From: an uncultured Clostridia bacterium
GTDB lineage: Bacteria; Bacillota; Clostridia; Christensenellales; UBA1242
Assembly (NCBI GenBank): GCA_944350275.1
Contig: CALVOK010000016.1
Coordinates: forward strand, 10,894-74,893
Direction of reading: 5' to 3'
Length of the DNA: 64,000 nucleotides
The stretch's first letter is position 1; every line of letters begins with the position of its first letter. The notes beneath the pieces were generated by a model. The model saw only the letters and a program-made list of their open reading frames with translations. It did no database searches and was not told the origin of the DNA. Made by a program: the position numbers and the translations under genes. This document shows, in pieces, positions 8,831-23,900 of the stretch.

Positions 8831-8837
8831 TGTCGCA
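8831..8837 (+). promoter_or_regulatory. candidate degenerate Spo0A box (TGTCGCA)
   Basis: 6/7 match to TGTCGAA, same orientation, 70 nt from the first box. Confidence 0.2.
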
Positions 8838-8903
8838 AAAATAAAGATATGTAGGACATTTGTCTATGTGAAGTAAAATTGGAATTAAATAAATTTAGAC
8901 AAC

Positions 8904-8946
8904 AAAAAACTCTATGAAATGAAGTATTCTTCAATTTTCATAGAGA
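8904..8946 (-). terminator. rho-independent terminator of the giant gene
   Basis: CTCTATGAAA (8910-8919) pairs with TTTCATAGAG (8936-8945), with an inner GAAG/CTTC extension. The A6 run at 8904-8909 gives a U-tract on the minus strand, directly after the stop at 8954. Confidence 0.8.
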
Positions 8947-8953
8947 TTTTTTG

Positions 8954-11900
8954 TTAGTTGTTGGCTATTTCGTTCATCTTATCCTTTCTACGTTTTCTAA
9001 TAAGTAGAAGCAATAGAAGTAACAACAATAACAACAGAATTAAACCTATAACAACTGATATGACAATTATTAGTGTTGAGGTGTCCTGCGTGATTTGTGC
9101 TCTATCACCAAGTACCCAGAACAATCCGCCATAAGATGTATCAGGGTCGGAGTACTCTTTATAGAGCACAATTCCTGTTATCTCATAAGCACCCAAGTGC
9201 ATTGTGCCATTAAATGGATTTTCATGTGTTCCAATAGGTTCCCAGAAACGTCCTGTCAGGTCAATGTCACTATCAAGTCGGTATACCGCTTCGCTGTATT
9301 TAAGTCCGTTTGCATTAGAGATTCCTGCATTGACAGCATAAGTCACAAACGCAAGTTCCTCTTTACTTCTTATAAGATAAGGGTTGTCATCAGTTCCGCC
9401 ACCAAGCAAACTACTTGCTCGTGCCTCTTCATCTGTCCACAATAATCTTGAGTAGACTACTTTAATTCTCAACTCATATTGTTCATATCTATCAAGAAAA
9501 CTTTGATTAATGTTAAGTTGTTTGTCATTTGGTTGATTTTCTAAAAGCATTGAAAGTACACTTACCTCATATTCTCCATCTTGGATAAGAACATCACTTA
9601 ATTCATAGTTCGCAAGTACATATATTCTCAATGCAACTTCATCACCATAAATTACTGGGTAATTTGATTGATAAACTTCGCCCTCTTCTTGCCATGTGAA
9701 GTTCATCACGTCTACCTCACCAAGTGAGTTTATAAAACTTAGACTGCCCGCTCTGAAAATTTCGTTAGGGCTGATAGCATCTTCGACTTCCATCTCAAAT
9801 ACTAAATTAATTGACTGCCTGTTTATTCCAAGAGCGACATTTAGTATATAACTATCACCAGATTCTATCATGTAATCTGCATTAAGTATAGCATTGAAAA
9901 CATAATTCCCAGATTGGTTTGTCGCTTGTGTAAACATTTCACTATCAATTGTTATATCATAACCATATGCTTTATTGATAACAATTCTAAATGTTTGACC
10001 CACAACTGCACTTATAGGCTGGTTATAATCAACAGTTTGACTGTCTACATACACACCTACTATTCTGTGAACACCTTCAATTCCACTATAATCTAGGTTT
10101 ATTGTTACAGGCTTACCTTCAAATACCGCCTGGATATTCATAGGATTTAGTATAAGTTCATCGAAAGTATATTGGTAACTTCCAGTTGCTAGATCATATT
10201 CACCATAGTAACGTTCACTGCTGTTTCCGCTTTCTACTATGAAGTATAAGAAGTTATAACCATTATCAGCATAAGCCCTTAGAGTGATAAGTGATTCTGT
10301 AGAGAACGACTGTCCGTCAACGACTTCGCCATTTTGTACAAGTTCACTTCGCCCGCCAGATGTGCTTGTCAAAGTAAATCTTGGCTGGTAAATTGCTCGA
10401 ATTTCATAACTGCCCGCGTCAAAACTCATTTCAAAGTTTGCTGGCTGTTGTGTTGGTTCTTGGCCATTATATGATACTTGCCAATTTATAAATTCATAGC
10501 CTTCATAATTTAGTGCTCGGAAACTTAATGTTGAACCTGAACTAACTTCAGCATACCACAAATCATCCTGACCAATCCAATATCGCCCATCACCCAAAGA
10601 AGTTAAATTTGTAATGACGTTTTCTATTGAAGTGTAATACAATGAATCTTCAAAACCTTCAGGACGGAATGAAATTGAAATCATTGCCCTATTATAAGTC
10701 CAAGATGCATATAGAACAAAGGTTTGTGTTTGAGAATTGTAGTTTGCAGATTCTTCATATCCATAACCTGTCCAAGTATATCCTGTTTCATTCCATGATC
10801 CAAGTATTACACCTTCACCGTTAATGTATTGAGTGCCTCTACCTGTCTGCATTGTATAATAGCCATCAAGAGTGTAACCATCTCTAGATGAGAATACCTG
10901 TGCTCTTTGTTCTTCGGTTAAACTATCTAGAGAGAAATTCTGACCATACATTAACGCATCTTCCATAGTAACTTGAACACTGTCTGTAACATAGAATACT
11001 AGGTCATAAACTTTTGGCTGTACAAAAATATAAATAGTTGCATCAGCATTAACATTTAAGATGTTTAAGGTTGATGCTTTTGTGAAGCCATTTGAGTATG
11101 GATCGCTGTCTGTTACAGCACCAATGCTTATTGCTCCCTCATCAAAAGTACCATCATGATATACTATTTGTATTCTTAGCACTCCATCCAATTCTTCAAG
11201 ATCATAGGTGAATTGTGAATGTATATTTACTGAAAGATTCTCGCCAGTAACAACACTAACATGAACGTTTTCTGAGTTGTTTTGACTTGCTCTGACAAAG
11301 ACAGAAGATGTGTCAACGGATATTTGTCCTGCATCGACAACATTAAAACTGCCGTCTATTACAAACTGAATGTCAATTTGATTTTCTTCTGCAACAAATA
11401 TTGCTTGCACCTCTGCACCGTCTCTTATTCCGCTTATTTCGTAAATTGTATCACCATCTGAGTTTGTAAACGGACTTATTACAACACTTGCAGTAGGAGA
11501 GTTTACAATAACCGAAAATCCACTCTTTGCCTCTACCATTACGTAGATTAAATTATCAGTCTTGGTTAGTACTTTGTAGTCATAATACATAGAATCTTGG
11601 GCTTCTAAGTAGTATTCATCACCTAATCTATTTCCTTGAGAGTCTACAAGGTAAACATATCCGCCTACATCGGTTCCATAAACAAATTCATAATTTATTT
11701 GCAGAACACTTTGTATATGAACATAAGCATCAGATGCTTTAAATGTAACCTCTACTGAAGATATAGGCGAAATTGGATCAAGCATTATTGTAAGTATGTT
11801 TGTATCACTGTCATATCCTTCCATGGTTACTAAGCCATCAATTTTTATCTCGTCTATTTCATACCCATCATCCGCTTCTATCAAGATATAAACATTTTCG

Positions 11901-14900
11901 CCTAGTCTAAGGTTTGCTGTCATTGATTGACCACCATGTACCGTGGTAGGTTCACTGCTATTTTGGTAGAAACTTATTTGACCACGATTGCCGGATGAAA
12001 AACTTATAGGTGTTAATCTTTCTCTAAATGATGCGTTTATAACTATATTTTCGCCAGGTCCTACACTTTCGAGCATATTTCGCAATGTACTATTTATAAC
12101 AATTGCAGTGTTTTCATCTTCTGCAATAATTTCGCCATTAAATAACCAGCCTGCGAATATGTACTCGTCGAGAGTATTTGTTGCACCTAGTGTCAATTCA
12201 TTTCCAAAGGTTACAGTTTGACGAGAATCAACAGTGATTATACCTTGCTCCTCTTGTCCACTTGCCACTTGAAGAATGAAATTATAATCTCTTTCGGTTG
12301 AAGAAAAACTTAAAGTAAAACTCTCATTTATATTGTCAATATTAATAGTGAGGTGATAATTCCCATCCGCCCTACTATATTCACAAACTTGATTGAGTAT
12401 AAATTCTTCAACTGTCGAAGTTGCAGAGCCATTCATATATCCATATCTAAGTGTTGCAGTTACAATAAGGTCCACATCACTTCGTATATTATATGTTCCG
12501 CCTGTAACACTTACACTTTCACCATTAAATTCTATTGATGTATACCTGTCGCTGATATTTCCAACAGTGATGGTATTTAGTGATGGTATTGCCTGAATGG
12601 TAAAATCAATGTCGTCTATAAAGTTCTGCCATGTAACTGTTAATGTCTTTTTATCTTGAGAAATAGTATATCCGACACTAGATATTGTGTTAGACGAGTA
12701 ACTTAGGCTTGTATCATCAAACTCATAGCCTTTTGTTGCTGTAAATACTAGTCTTACACTACTTTCTGTGTAGACACTGTATGTATTGTCAACAGAAATT
12801 TCTTGTTCATTATTGTCGATAAATACTTGATAACTCTCTACATGATCTGCGCTGATTGTCATTGTATTAGGTGCAGGTGTGGATGTTATACGTAACGTTC
12901 CATCATCAACAAGATTGTAAACTTCAATGTTTGAGCCAGATATCTCGTATTGACCATTCAACTCCTCGGAGTCTACTGTGAAATCATAGCCTTGGTCGGC
13001 TTGTACAACAAATGAAATTATGTCCTCATTATAGACAATTGTAAATGTATCACCATTTTCAACTAATTGTCCATTAAGATAAACTAAAATTCTGTTTCCA
13101 TAAACCATGGTCAATGTGTATGGATTGTTTGTATATTGAGCATTCAAGGTAACTACCCATTCACCGTCTTGTTGAGTTCCTATTGTATGGAAGATGTCAC
13201 CTTGCTCATAAGCATTACCACTACCATCAACCCATTGATAACTTCTTCCTGGGAGTATGGCAGACGGCAACTGACTTTCAATCTCTGAGCCATAGGTTGC
13301 GTTTATAGATTGATTTCCTACAACCTCGCCTTCACCAGCATCAAAATAGATTGTATATTCTTCACCTGCCCAGTATGCCTTGAGTGTGATTTCTGTATCT
13401 TCATTTAATGCAGGCAGTAACTCGTCAACTATATCTTGTAGAGATTGTCCACTAAAGTTATTTCCTTCTCCATATTGATAACCACCAAGTGTATATGTTC
13501 CTTGTGTCACTTGAAGAGCAGGCAAATCACTTTCGTACATAGTTGCTAAAGCAGAATAACTAAAAGTTAGATATGTGCTTTCACTATCTATTCTTGACGC
13601 GTAGTTCGGTATATTAGTGTCAATTATAAAGGAAATTTGTATTTCTTCCATGCTTACAATTATTTCAATATTTGATTTAATTGTATCAATAGTCAAATTT
13701 CCAACTTTTTCGCCAACATCATCAAGGTTTGCGCTCAAATATTCGCCGTTTACGGTATATCTTGCAATCTTATAACCTGCTGTCGCTGTGACACTTGCCT
13801 CTACTGAACTGTAATATCTTGCGAGGTTGTTTGCCTCACTATAATGCTCGCCTGTGATAATATAATCTTCAATATTCTGTCCTGTTATTGTCACTGTGTA
13901 ATAATCTATTTCCCAAATAGTATAGATTGTAAGAGTATTGTTGGCTACACTCTCATCATAGACTGCATCCTCAATAATTTGGATAATATTTTGTGATGTA
14001 AGTTCAATATAATCTTCGCCTTGTCTTACCATCCAACCTGTAGCATGATAACCTTTACGTGTTGGGAAGGTAAGTTGTTCAACAAGTTGTTGTCCGCTAT
14101 AATCATTAGGAAATGCAAATGTAAAGAAACTATTTCTTACAACAGGTTCTTCTCCATCATCCACAAATGCTCCATCTGTAACTAAATCAGGATGTTCTGT
14201 GGTTGCGTTTACAGTAAAGTATACCGTATATGCATTAATTGTTCCTCGTACATTGTCCATTACCTGATAATTTTCAGCATCATCACCTGTGAGTACTATT
14301 GTCACGTGTTTATTTCTTTCAATAGTCTCATCATCGTAATGACTTGCAAGTAAATCAATATAAGCCTCATCTCCTTGCAATACTCCATATGATGAAATAT
14401 CGCTTGACATATTAGTAGGTAATGCGTTAGTACCATCAAAATCTTTTACTATAAGATTTGATAATCCTGAGAGGTTAAGGTTTTTAGGTGCTATATTTAA
14501 TATCAAATCAAATGTGATACTATTTTCCCCATTAAAAGTGAAGTTCTGAGAGGTTAGTGTTACTTCAATAGGAACATTTGATGCTATTAAGTAGTTCGCC
14601 GAAGAAAGATACTGACCAAGCACACTAAATTCGCTAAATGTTATAAATCCATTTTCAAGGTCGGTAGTAACATTATCAAGTGCTAAGGTGGCACCTCCTA
14701 CCAAAGTAATCAATGTGTCTACGTTTGTATTTTGTGCTACTTGACCATATTCAAGATTTGGATTTGTAAGAGAAAGGTTTGAGTTTGTAACTGCAAGTGG
14801 TGTGATTGAACCATTTATATCTGTATTTTCAATATAATAGTTACCGCTATCTAAACCCTCAAGTATAATACTTGACAATGGAATATTGTTCCCTACAACA

Positions 14901-17900
14901 TTACTACTATATGCTCCTGTTAAAGTAACATTATCATCTTGGACAAGGTTTTCAAAAACAACACCGTTTGAATTTATTGCATTTGTTCTATCAAACACCT
15001 TTGTTACAGAAGATATGATAAGTCCACGTCTTTCAATTGAAAGTTGACCGCTAGTTATTGCCTCATTAAAGTTTGCATTGTCACCAAAAATAACCTGCAG
15101 ATTTTCTAAATCATATGTCGCAACAACGACAGCATTTTGATATGTAAATGAAATATTTTCAAGTGCAAGTCTATACAATGTTGAGGATAAATTTTGTCTT
15201 TCTCCATTGTTTAATAGATAAAGAGTAACAGTTGACTCACTTTCGTCAACACTAATTATCCATCTTCCTTGTGTGCCATCATATCTTGTTGTAAACTCTG
15301 GAGATTGCCCATCGTATGTCATTGAAAGAGGACTGTCAATGATTATCTCAAGGGTTAAGTTTGACGGATTAATTGTAAATGTTGCATTAGAAAGTGATAA
15401 ATTATAGTTCTCGTTTTCTGTTTGAATATCTGCAAAATTGTAAATGCCTACTCCTTCACCTTCCTCTCTTGAGAGAGTAACTTCTATTGTCTCACTATTT
15501 CCACTTTCAAACATAGTTAAAGTAAAGGTAAATGTTGGGTCTGAAAGTCCGAAAAGTTTGCTTTGTAAATTATCTGGAATGTCGTCATTTGTAACCACAT
15601 AATCGTATTTTGAAACTTCTACACTTGTTTGATATGTTGCACTATTAAACACATTTTCATTTAATCCAAGTGTCAAAGTGTAGTTACCAGCCTGACGAAT
15701 TTCCTGAGAACTTGTTCCGCTCAAAGTAAAATAGTAGTTTGATGTACTTTGTGCGTTTAGTAAAGTTGAAAGGTTTACCTGTCCTATCTGACCAATAGTA
15801 AATATGATAGATGGAACATAATTTGTATTTGAATAGATAAAACTTGTCTCATTTATGGTAATTTGACCAATATCTATTTTTGTAATAGAAATGTTAAACA
15901 AAAGGTCTAAAGATTTTGAAGCATAACCACTTCTGCTAGCAGTAATTCTCAAAGTATATTGTCCGTTTGAAGATGTATTTGCAGGAACGGCAAACGAATC
16001 ACCCTCAGCATAATTTTCACCATTTCTAATCCATGAGTATGCGTAATTTATCGACTGAGAATTTAAGTTTGTTATACCATTCTCACCTACAATGTCTTGT
16101 ACTGTAATGGTATCAGTATTTGCACCAAATTCTGCCTTTGCTAAACGAATAATTGTATCATCTTCTGCTACTACATCTGCTTCTGGAACTGCTATTTCCC
16201 ATATTGCAGTAATTGTTGAGTATACTATACTTGCATTACTCCTTACACTTATTTCGTCATCATCACAACTAACTGTAGTGTCTTGAGATAACCACGAGAT
16301 AAACTCAAATCCTAACCATTGAGGTTGCGTTGCTGTCTTGCTTGAACCGAGTTGGATGTAAAGATAGCCTTGATTGCTTCCCTGGTCTCCTAGACTCATA
16401 AGTACTGCTTTAAAGTCTGTGACAACAGGATAAAACTCGCTTTGTTCTGTAAATGATTGCGTGTAAGACCTTGATAGAGGTGCTGTAAGGTTATTCAAAA
16501 TGTTAATTAAACTTGCATAAGCGGTAGTGTTATTCCAAGAAAGAACCTCCATTTCTCCATCTACTGAGAACGTGAATTCCACTTCATTGCCTTGTGCAAC
16601 AATTATTGTAGGACTATAAGTTCCATTATTAGTTATCGAGAAAATAAGTTGCCCATCTTCCATATAGTTATATGAGTCTCCACTAATTGACATTGTGACA
16701 TCTAAATAACTAAACGAGGTAATTGTGGTATTATAATCTTGTTTGTCGCTTATCGTTTGTGTGTCGGCATTTAGATACTTTGCACCTGTTTCTATTTGAT
16801 ATGCATTGTTTGTGTCTACAATTTCATATCCGCCCGAGATAACAATTATAAAATTATCCTTTTTGTCAACTCTATTTAAAGTTACGTCATAATCAATATT
16901 GAAATCTGAAATGTCTTGGTAAACTCCAATAGCATCTGAATTTGTGCTAATACTTCTTAATGTTACATCAAAATTGGTGTTCCATTCTTGAGGAATTATG
17001 TTTACCTCTCCTGTAACATATTGATTTTCTCCATTGAAGAAGCCTTGTTCATTAAACTCAAATGTTATATTCGAAGGTATAATGCTTCCAGTTACATCAG
17101 TAGCCATATAACTGTATAAACTGCTGTTAGGTACTCGCCTTAAATTTAAATAGTTGTTTACGTTAAAGTTTGCACCATTGTCTCTATCAACTACAAAGTA
17201 ATAAATGATAGAATATCCATTTCCAACATTGTATAAACCGTCATCGTCAATAAGTTCAATTCTCTCTAGTGTCAATTCTGTAATTGCATTTCCACCGCTA
17301 AAGGTCAATGTTCCATAGTCATTTAGGTTGTCAGTTTCTTCGCTAGGATAGAAAGATGATGTTCCGCTGTAATAACTTACAAGATTTGCTCCACTCGTTA
17401 ATATATCACTTCTTGCAAGGTTTACTCTAATCATGTCTCCTACATATGAGTAGGTTGCATTGCCATTTAATGAAAGACTATCCCTAAGCACCATAGTAAA
17501 TGACAGTCCACCATTTATTACAGCATCTCTGTAATAGAGATCGTAATTAGATTGACTTTCTACCCTGGTTCCATTAAGTGTATAGTAGAAATCTACAACA
17601 ACATCGCCATTTGATAAGGTGTTATTTAAAACAAAAGATGTTTCATTGTTTAGAGATCGAATTGCTGTACTTGCTAAATGCTGAAGATCACCATTAAACA
17701 CAAGCCCTGTAGTAGCGGTTATAGTTATGTCAATGTAGTCATCGTTTGAATCATAAACGGGTTTTAAAACTAAATCACGGTCGGTTTTATAAAGACTTCC
17801 TTGAACATAATCTTCATCAAACCTCCAAGAACCATCTGAGTATGTGGCAAATAAGTTATTTCCTTCGTAAAGGTATGCAATAGTATAACCTATTCTTTCA

Positions 17901-20900
17901 AAGGTCAAAGAATTGAATATTGAGGATATATCTTGGTCATAACTTACATCTAAATTTGTTTGAGATATCTCCTCATATTGCGACTGCTCAATTGTAATAG
18001 TATAATCTTTTGCCTTTATTGATACTGTTACCACCACATCACCGACAATATTTCCAAGTCTTAATGTAGAGGTATTACCAAAGCAGGATAATGTAACATT
18101 TTCAGGATTGTTTGCTATCGTTCTTTCTAAATCTATCTCATATCCTACGTCAAGGTCAAAGATGAAGTCTCTATTTTGCCCATAGATTGCAGTTTCCTCT
18201 CCACTTCCTCCAGATTGATAAGGAAGTCCTGTATATGCATAAACAACTCCGTTTATTTTGTCTGAATTAGGCACGCCATCATATATGACGGATATATAAT
18301 AAGTTATATTAACCCAATTTGCAGTAAATGTCATTTCTAGGTCACCATTTGGATGGGCTGTAGTAAAGTATTGCCCTTCTTCAATGGTCTCGTCAAATTC
18401 ATTGCTCCAATTATAACTCATTCCCACTTCATATGGTACTGGCAAGTCAGTGAGTACTTCGCCATATACATATTCTCTTACAATAGTTTCTTGTATCTCC
18501 TCACCAATATTTATATTATCTTGCCATACTGCATCATTGTTGTTTTTTACAAAACTTAAAGTATAGGTTTCCCCTTGCCATACTGCATCAAGACGTATGT
18601 CGCTGTCTATTGTTGGAATTGCTCCTAATATATCAACTATAATATCTTGTGCTGGAGTGTCCAAAGTATACTCTTTCTCGCCGTATGTCCATGCGTCTTG
18701 GAAATATGTTCCAACAGTCGCTGTATAAACACCAATTAAATCTTCAATTGTTGTTGTTCCATCACTTATTGTATAAATTCCATCTTTAGCACCAACATTT
18801 TCGTTGACATGGCTTTCAAGTGGTGTTGTATAAGATGTATTTATTGTAACAACAATTTCTTCCATTGAAATGGTAATATTTAACATTCCCTTAATTTGTA
18901 AAGCAAATCTACCATCCGTTGCATTTGTTGGGACTGTATCTCCTGAGAGATTTGCATAATCCTGTCCCAAAATCAATGTTGTCCACTTATACCAATCTTC
19001 ACCCTGAATATCTATTATCAAATTATCGTTGTAGGTTACCGAATACTCTCCACTTATGCCTGTAACTATATTTTCGTTAGAAACACTATCTTTATATATA
19101 GTTATTGTAGAATGAAGTGAATCTTCAATAGTTAGTACAACATCTTCATATTTCCAATTTGCAACAAAGGTATATCCTGTGTCATCATCTTGCAAAGGTG
19201 CTGAACCAATAAAACCTTTTATTCTATCCCAAATATTTGTTGCATTGCTTAGAGTATCATTGATTGTCCAATAATCAAAATCATAAGTATAAAGTTTGTC
19301 AACATCAATTACAGGTAAGTCCTCTTGTCTTAATTGACTGTAAGTCATAACTCTGCTTGTAGTGGTACTCCAATTTGGCGACTCAGTTGACACTGAATAG
19401 TCCTCTGGATTGTTGTAATCGACAGTTATTCTTATTTCTATTTCTTCTGTTATTATAGTAACTATCATATCTCCAATAATATTTGAGATATTAAATGTTC
19501 CAACGTTCGTGCTGTTAACTTCCTGAGTCAAAATTCCATTTTCGACAGAAAGTGTAACACCTTCGAATGTGTATCCCTCGTTTGCAGTAACAGAGATAGA
19601 TTGACTGTTAAGAGATGAATAATACTCTCTTGTAACCGTTGTCATTTCAGGTGAAATTGTACTATCATTTGTCTCAATCGTTATTTCATAGGTATTGATT
19701 TCCCATATTACTTGCAGGTCAACACCTTGTTCTCCGCTGTCAACAGCATCTTGTAGCAAATCGGCTTTATTTGACATTGTTGTTGATAGTTCCTCACCTT
19801 GATAAGACCAACCTGTTTGAGTATATCCTTGTCTTATAACAAAGTTTTCTTCTCGTAACAATGTTGTAATAATTTCATCAATGTTTCCTCTATATGTTAG
19901 AGTTATTGATTGAGTATTTGTAAATCCTTGTCCATCTTGTACAAAAGCATAAGTATTATAGTCTTTATTAAATGTAATCACTTTGTCGGTAATACTACCT
20001 ACAAGATTTGGGTAAGTTATTGAATAATTATTAGAGTCGTCATTGCTATCAAAAGTCAAAAGTGTAATCGGTTTGTTTGTTCCCCATTCTTGATTGTTGT
20101 AGGTACCGCTTGTCACTCTAATTATATCTCCATCAAGAAGTCCACTTGAGATATAAGGGCTAAGGCTAGCATTGACATTGTGATTTACATCAGCACTTTC
20201 AATCGAATTATTTCCATCATAGACTTTTGAAATTTGATGTGACGAATTCTCTATTGTTATAGAACGTGTTGTTATCTGGATTGTAAAACTAATTGTTGTT
20301 GTATAACTTTGTCCTACTGCTCCTACACTTTGTCCAAATGTGTAGTTTACTGAAGATAGAGTAAATTGTATATTCCTATTTCCTATCTCAAGATAACGAC
20401 CTGTTGAATATGACGGATTTGTATAAACAGGGTTTGAAATAGTAATGTATGCATTGCTTATTGCTGTGTTATTACTGTAAGCAAAAGTAATTGGAATATT
20501 TGAAAGCACCTGTGAAATACTATCATTTTCTTTGAGCAAGCCATAAACGAGACTGTTTACAGTCGTTTTTGATACAACTTCATCTTGTGATGGTGTAATT
20601 GTCATCAAATGGCTGTTTACTAGTATGTAATTACCCTCGCTTACATTATCCAAAGTTAAACTTGTAATTACTCTTTGACCTGCAATCTCGCTTTCTGTTT
20701 GACCGTTTACAGTAACCACATCCCCGCTAACAATATTGTCAATATCTATGTTTACACTTTGTTCGGTGGCGGTGTTTGTATATCTAAAATCTTTACTTTG
20801 GTCAAATACCTTTGTTGCACTCCTTACAGTTATTGTACGCTTTGTAACAACAACGTAATTATATTGTGATGATAGTGTACTTTGAGCAAATTCAACACCT

Positions 20901-23900
20901 TTCCATCCTATATTTTCTCCCTCGCTTGATAGACTAGCATCAAATCTATAGTTATTAACATTTGCAGAATTGCCTTGCTCACTTGTAAATGTTAAATAAG
21001 TTGCATATATTGTACCTTGGTCAAGAGGTATAGCAATTTCACTTCCTCCTACTATGTAATAGAGTCTAAAACTGCGACTTACTTCTTCGCTACCTGCATA
21101 ACCATAAATTTCCAGTGTACTATTTGATGAATTTACCCTAACATTGATATTAGAAAGAGCATGACCATTATATATATAAGTCAAATTTCCACTAAGTTCA
21201 ATAAATAAATTGCTATCTGGCATTGCAACTTCAAATTTTGCATCAATTCCGTCAAATATGAGTTGATAATTTACACTATCTGCACTGTTTGCTAAGGTTG
21301 CGGAAAGAAAGTCATATGTTCCAATTTCTTCACCGCTTTCTCTTGTAAAGTTTATCTCAACATCATCAGGTACAACAAGGTTGTTTGTTATTGTAATTGT
21401 GTCTGTGATAGGATTTGGCTCTTCAGTCCCAATCAATTTTGAAATTTGTATTTGAGATGAATAATCATTAAGATTAAATTGATATTTTAAAATTTCAACT
21501 GTTATTCTATCATAATCATTTTCTACTCTAAAGAATGTAGAATAATTGCTATCAAGTGCAATTTCAATATTGTACGAACCTGCATTTACAACACTGTTGG
21601 TAACTAGCGAGTTGTATGTGATAGTTGTATTTACACCATAAGTTGTAAGTCCTCTTGTCAGTAAACTATTAAGTGATAAATTCTCTTTTGTTTCCCCATT
21701 TTGACGCAGAGAAATAGTAATATCTCCTTTTCTGTCTCCATTATTAAAAACTAGAGACGAAGATGTTGCATTTACAATGCCAATATCATTAAGAGAAATA
21801 TTTATAGTGACATCAATATTAACTGAAGTGGTTTGTTGACCTTGGTATGTATTATAATAAGTTAGTAAAATATTAAAAGTATACTCACCGCCAAGTGTTG
21901 TAGGTGTACGGTTTGTATTATCCATAATAATAAATTTATCATCGACTGCTGTAAATGATGTTCCGCTACTATCTTTTTTGGTTAAGGTAAAAGTATATGT
22001 TCCACCATTAAGTGTAGCATATGAAATTATATCTGAAACATCCAGTTCTGATGCTGAAAGGGATGCATAATAACTAAATGCATTTTGCTCTAAAGTATAC
22101 TCAATACCATTTAAAGTCCAATAAGCAGTAAGAGAAACAGACTGAGCACCATCATTATTTGTAAATGTTGTGATATTTCCTTGAGTTGTTACATTTATTA
22201 AATTTGATACATAAGAGTATCTGTCAAACACAATTCCGTCATAGTCAATTGTAGGATTTTCGAGTCGGTAAGCACCTGACGAATAAGATATATAAATTGT
22301 CTGACTTCCTTCATTTTGCGTATTTACGCCACCATTATAGTTGATGTTTAATTTTACAACATCGGTCAGGATTGCATAAGTTGTAGTATCTGACATTGTT
22401 GAAGTTATATCAAATTCACCATATGGATTACTGCCTACAGGGTCAGTAAAGTTTCCATCAAGCAAACTCTCATAAACTAAAACGTCTGTTGACTCTCCCC
22501 ATGAAAGAGGTGTGAGGTGTGAAAGTCTGCTACTGTTCATATCTATATAAATTCTATAAGATAGCCCATAGCCAAGCATAGCACGGTTGATATAAATTAA
22601 TAGATTATTTGTTCCATTATTTACAACTGAGAATAAAACTTGACCATTAATTTGATATGTAAACTGCTCTCCGCTTACCTCAACGTTTTCCCCATTTGCA
22701 ACCACATTTCCAATATATAAATTGTCGGCAGTGCCTTCATAAGTTGCGTTTAAACTTGAGATAAGTTCACCATTTGAAGCGGTGAGATAACGAGGTGAAT
22801 AATTTAATTTAAGTGCTGTTGAAGAGTCAAGTAGGGTAAAATCACCTTCGAGAACGTACTCAAAATAACTATCCATGTTATTAGTGTAATCATTGCCATT
22901 GATAGTCAAGCCTTCTAACCTGAAAACATCGCTATCCTCGCTTCCGCTAAAGGTAGTATCTCCAGTTATGGCATTGCCACTATAGACAATTTGCTCTAAA
23001 TTCCATTCAAAGTGTTGTCTACCTATTTGGAAAGGTACATTTCTTCCATCATGAGCATATACAATGAGAGTAACACCATCAAAATAATATGTAGAGCGAC
23101 TGCCAAAATCTATAACAAACCTTGCTTTTACTATTGTTGCCCCACCTTGATAATTGTAAGAGTATGAACCATTAGAATTTGATATGTTGTTTACTAAGTT
23201 CGACCAATTTGTAGAAGTATTTACTTGAACATCATTAATGGATGTAATAATTGAAAAATAACTGTTATCTATCGTAAGCAATATATCTTTATTATTGCCA
23301 ACATTATAATTTCCACCACTGAGTTGGTAGTTTCTAAAGAAGTCTTCAACACTAAATATAGCACTTTGTGAAGATGTCAACTCACTTCCATCCCAATCAT
23401 AAGTCAAATACACATTACCATAATTATTTACAAGTTCATAACCATCATCGGCTGAGGTAGGCACAAACTCTTCTGTGCCAGTATAGGCTGAAACAAACTC
23501 ACCTGTAAAGGCAAAGTTATTTTTGTTCATTGTAAACGAAAGAGTTTGAGATGTAACTTGATAAGTTGGGTTTGAATTTGAATTATAAAGAGAATCTCTT
23601 AAGTTAATGAAGAAATAAATAGTATAATTGCCACTATCATATAATTGGTTTATGTTAAAGTTGCTAATATCTTGATATCTCGTTTGACTTCCGTTATGCT
23701 CAACAACAAAGCCATAAGATTGAACTTGGTCTCCATTTGTTAAAATTACTTCTGTCTCATCAAAATAAATTATTTCATCATCAGAAGTCTGTCCTAACAA
23801 CAGTCCAAAATCCTTAATGCTACCAACTGCAATATCATGACTATTAAGCAAATAGAATTCAGGAGTCTGTCCGCTTACATCTTCAGCAAACTCAATATTT

